DNA of 64,000 nucleotides from an uncultured Conexibacteraceae bacterium (GTDB lineage Bacteria; Actinomycetota; Thermoleophilia; Solirubrobacterales; 70-9), in contig CAZHZI010000002.1 of the NCBI GenBank assembly GCA_964536955.1, positions 11,050 to 75,049 of the forward strand. Direction: 5' to 3'. A program made the position numbers and the translations under genes. A model generated the notes under the pieces. It was given only the letters and a program-made list of their open reading frames with translations. It did no database searches and was not told the DNA's origin. Of this stretch, positions 41,986-48,839 are shown piece after piece. Positions within the stretch are counted from its first letter, which is position 1, and each line of letters begins with the position of its first letter.

Positions 41986-43503
41986 TCATCCGCGGCTGGC
42001 GTCCAATGACTCGGCGGCCCTCTGGCGGGGATCCGCAATCTCCGCTGCTTCGGAAAGGGGCCCGGGATCGCGCTCGGCGGCGGCAAGCGCGGCGTCCAGA
42101 TGGTTGGGTCGGGGCTCGCGCCGCAAGCTGACCAGGCGGATGAGGCGTGCCATTCGCCGACCCACGCGAGCCCTGCGAGTCATCCCGGCCGTGCGCAGAT
42201 GCTCGGCGACTTCGTCGAGCTGGGTGCGTGCCATCCGCAGCTCATCTCCCACGCGCTCCAGCTCACCGCGAAGACGCTCGCTGTCGGCCTCGGCAGCCTG
42301 TAGCGCGTCCTGCCGATGCGCCAATCGGCCCTGTGCCAGCTGCTCGCGCTCCACCGCGTCACGCAACTCGCGCGCTCGCCCATCGGCCTGCTCTTCCAAC
42401 TCCGACACTCGGCTGCGCATGCCTTCCGCCGCCTCACGCTCGATGTCGAGACGTTGCCGCATGCCCTCGAGGAGAATCGCCGCTTCGGCTGCCGCCTTGC
42501 GCTCCTCATCCCGCTCAGCCGAGAGCTCCTTGATCTGCACCGAGCGACTTGCCAGATCTTCCTCCAAGCGCTTCAGCTGCCATTCGAGTGCGCCGCGCCG
42601 AGCACGGTGCTCGGCAAGTTCGGCGAGCACCGTCGAAGTTTCCACATCCGCTGCGGCCGGCGCGTCCGTGGCAGGGAGCGGCGCATCCGATTCGACGAAT
42701 GCCTCCGGCGGCCCCGCGGACACCCCCTGCCGCAAGGCCGCGGCCTCAACCTCGACCGCCAGGCGCGCCAGCTCCGCCTGCCTGGCCTGGCCCCCGAGAA
42801 AGCGAGCGGATCTCAGTCGCCTGAACACGGAGCCGAGGGCGGGGTTCTCTTCGAGGACGCGCGCGTCGGCAAGCACCGCGACGCCGTGAAATCCCGGAAT
42901 TTCGGCAATTCTCCAATCCCGCGTCGAAGCGGCGATCGCGTCCTCAATCCCGGTCATGACGCCCGAGCGAGGCTCGAAGTCCCGCTCGGCGCAGGCCGGC
43001 ACGAGGCGAAGCCCGCCGGGGCGAGGCTCCCGATGACCCGGAACGAGACCAAGCTGCGAGTGCGCCCTCCGTTCCGCCTCGGGAATGGCGGCGGGATCGT
43101 GGTAGCCGTCACGGCGGCCGTAGGGCCAGTGGACATGGTGAACGACCACGACAGGCGCGGCGCGATCTGCACGCTCGGCCGATAGCTCGAGCATCGTCAG
43201 CTCGCTGCTCACGGTGTACCAGTTCGGATCGCTGTCGAGCAGGGCCAGGTCGACGGGGCCCAACCGACCGATCACGCTCACGCTTCGCTCCGCATGGACC
43301 CTGAGGCGCCCCCCCGATTCCTCAGGCAGACGCGGATCGAGCCGCGGCGACGGATCGATCGCATGCAGAACGGCGGTTCGGGCGCCTGGTGCGGCCAGCG
43401 CACGCTTCGTAAGGCGCCCGGCGCCGGCGCCTGTCTCTACGATCGTCCGCGGTTGGAGTGCTTCGATCAGAGGAGCAACAACGGATGCGAAAGACCGGTG
43501 CAT
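41986..43503 (-). CDS. 505-aa methyltransferase-like head plus coiled-coil protein (paralogue of the N-terminal half of 37965..41930, no GT domains)
   Basis: Head: RTIVETGAGAGRLT, LALLDSDPNWYTV, HHVHWPYGRRD. C-terminal ~170-aa charged coiled-coil-like region (LEWQLKRLEEDLASRSVQIKELSAERDEERKAAAEAA...RLRGELERVGDELRMARTQLDEVAEHL). Confidence 0.7.
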   Translation of the reverse strand: MHRSFASVVAPLIEALQPRTIVETGAGAGRLTKRALAAPGARTAVLHAIDPSPRLDPRLPEESGGRLRVHAERSVSVIGRLGPVDLALLDSDPNWYTVSSELTMLELSAERADRAAPVVVVHHVHWPYGRRDGYHDPAAIPEAERRAHSQLGLVPGHREPRPGGLRLVPACAERDFEPRSGVMTGIEDAIAASTRDWRIAEIPGFHGVAVLADARVLEENPALGSVFRRLRSARFLGGQARQAELARLAVEVEAAALRQGVSAGPPEAFVESDAPLPATDAPAAADVETSTVLAELAEHRARRGALEWQLKRLEEDLASRSVQIKELSAERDEERKAAAEAAILLEGMRQRLDIEREAAEGMRSRVSELEEQADGRARELRDAVEREQLAQGRLAHRQDALQAAEADSERLRGELERVGDELRMARTQLDEVAEHLRTAGMTRRARVGRRMARLIRLVSLRREPRPNHLDAALAAAERDPGPLSEAAEIADPRQRAAESLDASRG

Positions 43504-43516
43504 CGAAGGGTCGAGT

Positions 43517-44395
43517 CTAGGCGGTTCCGTCGGCCCCGGAAGGGCTCTCGGGGCGACGGCCCGTGAGGTGGTGATAGCGGGCGGGCGGCTTCCCTGGCGC
43601 CCGGTGCGCTGACTTCACGTCCTGGAACCCGGCTCTCCGCAGTTCCCGCCGCCCCGCGCGCGGGGACGTCAGCCTTACGGACGAACGAGCGCGGCCACGG
43701 GCGGAGAGCCTCAATACCGGCCGCGCAAGCGGGGTGGGCAGTTGATGGACGAGCGGAAGTCCGGTGAATGGGTCCAGCGGGGAGGTGCGACTGGGATCGC
43801 GCGCGACCACCCATCCCCCCGGCCGGAGGATGCGCAGCACGTGAGCAAGCCCACGGCGGCGATCCTTCCGATCGGTGACGTAGCAGAGGGAGTTGTTGAG
43901 TAGGACCAGATCGAAATGGCCATCGGGGAGCGCCATCTCCTCAAGCCACCCGCGGGTAAACGAAGCGTCGAGCCTGAGGCTCTCGGCGAGCCGGGCTCCC
44001 ACCTGAAAGCGCTCCTCGTTTGGATCCATCCCGACCACCCGGGCGCCTGCGTTTGCGAAGTAGAGGCTGATCGCGCCAAACCCGCATCCCATGTCGGCAA
44101 CGGTCAGCCCCTCGACCGAATCCCGACCGGTGCGCCCGGCGTATAGATCGAACAGCAGACCTGCGCGTTGCGGCACCAGCGTCGAGTTCGTGTCCAGCGT
44201 CCGCAGGCCCTCCTCTCCCTCAATCGATTCGCCGCGCACTCGGTAGTACTCGATGATCTCGTCCCTGAGGCGACGAACGACCCGCGCGAAGTCCTTGTCT
44301 CGCTGCACGGCGAGCATGATGGTCGATCGCCGTCTCGCCGAGGCTCCCCCGCTATCGTCGGCGCCGAAAATGCGCGCTTTATGGTCTTCGGTCAT
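43517..44395 (-). CDS. Class I SAM-dependent methyltransferase
   Basis: SAM loop: LTVADMGCGFGAISLYFANAGARVVGMD. Also FDLVLLNNSLCYV and LRPGGWVVARDP. The start at 44395 would overlap the divergent gene start (44370) by 26 bp; the internal Met at 44317 is an alternative. Confidence 0.75.
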   Translation of the reverse strand: MTEDHKARIFGADDSGGASARRRSTIMLAVQRDKDFARVVRRLRDEIIEYYRVRGESIEGEEGLRTLDTNSTLVPQRAGLLFDLYAGRTGRDSVEGLTVADMGCGFGAISLYFANAGARVVGMDPNEERFQVGARLAESLRLDASFTRGWLEEMALPDGHFDLVLLNNSLCYVTDRKDRRRGLAHVLRILRPGGWVVARDPSRTSPLDPFTGLPLVHQLPTPLARPVLRLSARGRARSSVRLTSPRAGRRELRRAGFQDVKSAHRAPGKPPARYHHLTGRRPESPSGADGTA

Positions 44396-46940
44396 CGCCC
44401 CGCTGCTGGAAGCGTGCCGACCTGCCGTGGTTGTGGATTTTGGCGGTGCAGGCGAGGACCTCCAGGACGCGCTGGTTCAGGCAACGCGCGAGTACGAAAG
44501 CGACGTGCGCGACGTGCGCCACCCAAACCTGGACCTCGACGCCGCCCCCCCACCGGATCTCGCGCTGGTTCACTGCGAGCCGAGCTGGTACGCGGTAACG
44601 GAACGGCTCGACCGCCTCGCCGAAGCGGCACGCGCCGGGGGCGCTCCGCTGGCGTTGACGCTGGTCCACGGCGTCGATTGGCCCACGGGCCGTCGCGATG
44701 GAGTGCTGACTGCGGTAGAGGACTTCCTCAATCGCGGCGACGATGGCCTCGAGCTCGTCCATCTGCCCGGGCTTGGCGGGACCGGGATCCTGCTGGCGAA
44801 AGAACGGCTCGAGGGGAAGAGGTCGGAAGAGCTGGTCAAACTGATCGAAGGGTGGCGATTCAGCCCGCCAGCCCTGGCACAGCTGGCAGCCGTGGATGCC
44901 GCCCGCGTGCGGGGCCAGGCGGGGTTCGTCGAGCTGCGATCCGAGCTCGAGGCGATGCGGGCGGGAATGGCGACACAGGCCTCAGCGGAGACCGCGGAGT
45001 TGCGCACCCGGGTTGAGGATCTCGCGGCGCGGAACGCGGCGCTGGCCGAAGCGCTGGCCCGGCGCGACGCACAGCTCGCCGGGGGTGAGCCCGACGATGA
45101 GGTGGGCGTCGGCGGCGCAGATCGATCGCCTCTTGAGCAGCTCGAAGGGCAAGCGCGCCTCGAAGGAGTCGCCGAAGCCTGGGGCCCGATTCCCCGGGAT
45201 CGCCGCAACGTGCTGCTCGCCACAGACGAGGCGGGACTACCAGGAGAGCCGGAGCCGTTCCACGCAGTCGTCCGGGCTGTCGCGGGTGCCGAACAGCTCT
45301 GCCGTTGTCTGTGGTCCCTGCTTGACCGAACCGACCGCAGGCTGAGGCTGACGCTCGCGATCGACAACGAGACGACCGCGGAGATTCGGCGTCTGGCAGA
45401 TGCGATCGCGGCCGCGGAGCCGGCGGTGGGCATCGTCGAAGGGGCCGTCGACGGCGCCTCGGGCTGGCGAATGCTGGTCGACTCTTCCGTGACCTTCGGA
45501 CACGGAACCATCCGCAGCCTCTTCAGCGCAGCGGCCAAGTCGCCGTCGAAGCCCGTTGCGGCAGCATCGGCGGACACGCTCGGCACTCCTCGGTGGGCGG
45601 GGCCGGACGCGCTTGCCCTGCTGCTTGCCGGAGCCGTCCACGACGGCCCCGGCCTGTCAGATCTCGCCGCGCCGTGCGCCGTCCTGCCACCGGCCGTGCC
45701 CATCGCCGAGCCAGAGCTCGTCGCGCTGGGAGCCGTGGTGGAACAACCTGGAGCGGCCCGCCACGGCCTAGTCCCAACGCTTGGATGGCTTGACGACGCA
45801 CTTGGCGACGAGCAAACGCTCGCGGAGGCAATACGCGAACGGGTGCGCGAACCCCTTGCGATCGCCTACGTTCTGCCTGGCCTGCCGCCCGAGGGATCCG
45901 GCGGATCGCATTCCGTTTTCCAGGAAGCCCTCGCCCTGCGCTCCTGTGGAATCCGCGTCCGAGTTGCGGTCGAGAGCGAGTTTGCCGGGGGCGCGGCCCT
46001 CCTCTACCCCGCTGCCGCCGACCTGATCGAGGGCTACGACACGCCGCAGGCGCTCGAAGCCGCGCTCGACGGATTTGACGTCGTCGTGGCAACCGAGGCC
46101 CCATCAGCGTGGCTGGTGGCCCAACACGCCCGCCGGCACCCGGATGTCCTAGGCGCCTATTACGTACAGGACTACGAGCCGCTCTTCTCGCCCGAGCGAG
46201 GGCCGAGCGCCGATGCGGCCATGCTCTCCTACCGGCAGGCGGCAGACTTGCTGCTCTTCGCCAAGACGCATTGGATAGCGAATGTCGTAGGCGCCGCTCA
46301 CGGCGTGCCGGTGGCGAAGGTCGACCCCAGCTTGGACACCGAGGTCTTCCACGCCCGCGGCCGACGGGAGGCGCCCACCGCTCCGATACGCGTGCTGGCG
46401 ATGATCCGTCCGCGAACGCCACGACGGCAACCTTTGGAGACCCTCGGCGCGCTGGAACGCATCCAGCGTCTGCTTGGCGATCGCGTCGAGTGCCTGTCGT
46501 TCGGCTGCCCAATCGACGAATTCGACGAGCTACAGGGAAAGGTCGACGCCGTCAATGTGGAGCACTTGGGGGTGCTCGGTCGCGAAGAGGTCGCGGAAGC
46601 CCTGCGGCGCTGCGATCTTTTTCTGGATCTATCGATCTACCAGGCCTTCGGCCGCACCGGGCTGGAAGCGATGGCTTGCGGGGCGGTGCCGATCCTGCCG
46701 GGCAGCGGGGGGACGCGAGAGTTCGCCGTCGCCGGCTCAAACAGCCTGCTGCTCGACGACACCGCCGACGAGGAGGCGGTCGTGGCCTCCGTGGAGGCCC
46801 TCGTGCACGATCCGGAGCGTCTCGGGCGCCTGCGTGCGAACGGCATCGAAACTGCCCATTCCTTCTCCGTCACCCGAGCCGCTCTGAGTCAATACGCCTG
46901 CTTCGCTGCACATTTCGCGACAAGGCGATCCGCGTCGTGA
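44370..46940 (+). CDS. Multidomain paralogue: degenerate methyltransferase-like head, short coiled coil, degenerate/truncated GT2-like segment, GT-B (GT4-like) domain
   Basis: Start MRALWSSVIAPLLEACRPAVVVDFGGAG aligns with the N-termini of the two paralogues. Also LALVHCEPSWYAV and HGVDWPTGRRD. Coiled coil: ELRSELEAMRAG...RVEDLAARNAALAEALARRDAQL. GT2-like remnant: FHAVVRAVAGAEQLCRCLWSL...MLVDSSVT. GT-B: IAYVLPGLPPEGSGGSHS, YYVQDYEPLF, QAFGRTGLEAMACGA. Confidence 0.75.
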   Translation: MRALWSSVIAPLLEACRPAVVVDFGGAGEDLQDALVQATREYESDVRDVRHPNLDLDAAPPPDLALVHCEPSWYAVTERLDRLAEAARAGGAPLALTLVHGVDWPTGRRDGVLTAVEDFLNRGDDGLELVHLPGLGGTGILLAKERLEGKRSEELVKLIEGWRFSPPALAQLAAVDAARVRGQAGFVELRSELEAMRAGMATQASAETAELRTRVEDLAARNAALAEALARRDAQLAGGEPDDEVGVGGADRSPLEQLEGQARLEGVAEAWGPIPRDRRNVLLATDEAGLPGEPEPFHAVVRAVAGAEQLCRCLWSLLDRTDRRLRLTLAIDNETTAEIRRLADAIAAAEPAVGIVEGAVDGASGWRMLVDSSVTFGHGTIRSLFSAAAKSPSKPVAAASADTLGTPRWAGPDALALLLAGAVHDGPGLSDLAAPCAVLPPAVPIAEPELVALGAVVEQPGAARHGLVPTLGWLDDALGDEQTLAEAIRERVREPLAIAYVLPGLPPEGSGGSHSVFQEALALRSCGIRVRVAVESEFAGGAALLYPAAADLIEGYDTPQALEAALDGFDVVVATEAPSAWLVAQHARRHPDVLGAYYVQDYEPLFSPERGPSADAAMLSYRQAADLLLFAKTHWIANVVGAAHGVPVAKVDPSLDTEVFHARGRREAPTAPIRVLAMIRPRTPRRQPLETLGALERIQRLLGDRVECLSFGCPIDEFDELQGKVDAVNVEHLGVLGREEVAEALRRCDLFLDLSIYQAFGRTGLEAMACGAVPILPGSGGTREFAVAGSNSLLLDDTADEEAVVASVEALVHDPERLGRLRANGIETAHSFSVTRAALSQYACFAAHFATRRSAS

Positions 46941-47938
46941 CCGAGGATCCATTTCTGAGCGGCCTGAAAACGCGGGCTGAGGCAAAGCGTAGAGCGGAGT
47001 CCGACCAACCACAGCCCGCTCACCAGCCTAATCCAGGGGCCCCGCCGCGGCCAGCCTCAGAGCCCGACCCTCCGCAGCAGGCGTCGGGGCCCCACCGAGA
47101 CCGACGGTCCCTCGCCTTCTGGCAGAGCCCGGTGGTGACAGCCTTCATCGAGCGACGCATCTGTGGGACGGATGGCGTCACCCCACCGCAGCGCTTCGCA
47201 CGGCTGATGGGCGATTCCCCGCGTGACGGCGTCGCACTGTCGTTGCGAGCCGGTAACCCTGAATTGGAGTGTGAGCTGATCCGAGCCAAGGCGTGCGAGC
47301 GCGTGATCGTCGTCGACGGCTCAACCGAGCGCTTGGAGTACGCGCAGGCACGCGTGCCTGCGGACCTCCGCGATCGCGTTGAATTCGAGCAAGCCGACCC
47401 GTTGGCTTTCACGCCAACGGAGCCTCTCGGGCTCGCCATCTCTCACAGCGCACTTCACCGCTTCTCCGACCCAGATCGGGTGATTGCGCACATCGCGGAG
47501 CTACTTGGCCCGCGCGGCATGGTCTATGTGGACGAGTTCGTCGGCCCCGACCGGTTTCAGTGGTCCGACGACCAACTCGAAGTCGTCAACCGCCTGCTCG
47601 ACTGCCTGCCGGAGGAGCTTCGAGTCGACCTGACCAGCGATTCGGGCGATGTCAAGCGCCAGATCGCCCGCCCCGACCCGGAGCGCTTCGCCGCCGATCA
47701 TCCGGCTGAGGCGGTCGCCGGCAGCCGCATCCCGGCCGCGCTGGACGCTCACCTCGAGCCGGTTGAAGTCCGCCCCTACGGAGGCGCGGTTTACCATCAG
47801 CTCTTCTCCCGCATCATGGGGAACTTCTCCGGCCACCCTGAATTGGTCCGGTCGATCCTCGAGTTCGACGCGATCCTCACGGATCGTGGAGTGGTCGCCT
47901 CGGACTACCTCTGGGCCGCCTACCGCCGCCCAGCCTAG
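46937..47938 (+). CDS. Class I SAM-dependent methyltransferase (divergent)
   Basis: GTG at 46937 overlaps the upstream stop (GTGA). ERVIVVDGSTERLEYAQARVPADLRDRVEFEQADPLAF, ISHSALHRFSDPDRVIAHIAELLGPRGMVYVDEFVGPDRFQW. The track ORF from 46109 is over-extended through the upstream gene. Confidence 0.6.
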   Translation: MTEDPFLSGLKTRAEAKRRAESDQPQPAHQPNPGAPPRPASEPDPPQQASGPHRDRRSLAFWQSPVVTAFIERRICGTDGVTPPQRFARLMGDSPRDGVALSLRAGNPELECELIRAKACERVIVVDGSTERLEYAQARVPADLRDRVEFEQADPLAFTPTEPLGLAISHSALHRFSDPDRVIAHIAELLGPRGMVYVDEFVGPDRFQWSDDQLEVVNRLLDCLPEELRVDLTSDSGDVKRQIARPDPERFAADHPAEAVAGSRIPAALDAHLEPVEVRPYGGAVYHQLFSRIMGNFSGHPELVRSILEFDAILTDRGVVASDYLWAAYRRPA

Positions 47939-48792
47939 GCGTTTGGCGGCTCATCGCCTGCGGTGCGAACGATCCGAGGGGACATGCCGGGCCTCGGCCG
48001 CGGTAGCGCCGCCGAAAGGAGGCGATCCCGCCAGAGAGACCCGCCGGACACCCAGTTGTTGGGATGCGTAAGGCAGAGGATCGGCGTCTCGCGGGCCTCG
48101 ATCAGCCCGAACGGGTCGAGTCCCTCGCTCCAGCCCCCTTCGGCACCGCTGCGATCGGTCAGCCAAGCCGCCAGTGGGTGGCGGCGCATGGTGTCGTTGG
48201 CGTCGTAGGAGATCCCATAGCGGCTCCATTCCTGGTCGCGAAGCAAATCGGCGTTTCGCACCCCCGGCACACGAGTGTCGCCGTGGGCGGCGACACTGCG
48301 GATCGGGCCGAAGAGACGCTCGAAGGCTTTGATCTCCTCTTGCAGTCGGACCCGTCCTCGGGCAACCCTTTCGGGCCACTCACGGGCTTTGGGCGCTCCC
48401 ATCCGAAGGGCTTCGCGGGTCAGGGTCTCGTAGTGCAGCCCAATCTCCGAGCCTCGCTGCCGCAGCTCCGCAATGACCGCCGGATGGGCGGTGCGCCAGC
48501 GGAAGTACCAAGTGGAGCGCACCCCAAGCCCGACCTCGATACTGGACATCGTCAGGGCGGAGCTCGGGTGCTGGTCAACGTCGTGACGGAGCACCAGCAC
48601 CGGTCGTTCGGGAGCGACTACCTCTTCGTCGAGGAACCTCTCCAGGGTCGTCACGACGTAGCCGGCGCTGAGTGCCGCTTTGAGCAGCCGGCCGTATTCC
48701 GGCCAACGCGCCCGGGAGAACGTACGTGAGAGGCGCCGGCGAGTCGGCACCCGCACAGGCGGGTTAGACTCGCCCGCCTGGATCGAATCCAC
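47935..48792 (-). CDS. Polysaccharide deacetylase-like protein (CE4 / ArnD-like)
   Basis: VLVLRHDVDQHP resembles the ArnD-type (R-x-D-V-D) motif 1. Also GVRSTWYFRW, GSEIGLHYE, SVAAHGD. GTG start. The assignment is tentative. Confidence 0.5.
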   Translation of the reverse strand: MDSIQAGESNPPVRVPTRRRLSRTFSRARWPEYGRLLKAALSAGYVVTTLERFLDEEVVAPERPVLVLRHDVDQHPSSALTMSSIEVGLGVRSTWYFRWRTAHPAVIAELRQRGSEIGLHYETLTREALRMGAPKAREWPERVARGRVRLQEEIKAFERLFGPIRSVAAHGDTRVPGVRNADLLRDQEWSRYGISYDANDTMRRHPLAAWLTDRSGAEGGWSEGLDPFGLIEARETPILCLTHPNNWVSGGSLWRDRLLSAALPRPRPGMSPRIVRTAGDEPPNA

Positions 48793-48839
48793 GGCCGGAT
48801 AATAGGACGGCGCGCGCCCTTGGCAGCACGCGACTACAC

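Noticed and set aside
44570-46512. Minus-strand ORFs of 377 aa (44570..45703) and 329 aa (45523..46512); also 44168..45016 (+)
   Set aside because: They are antisense to, or out of frame with, the 895-aa multidomain gene, which has strong paralogue support. Their composition is Arg/Ser/Pro/Ala-rich.
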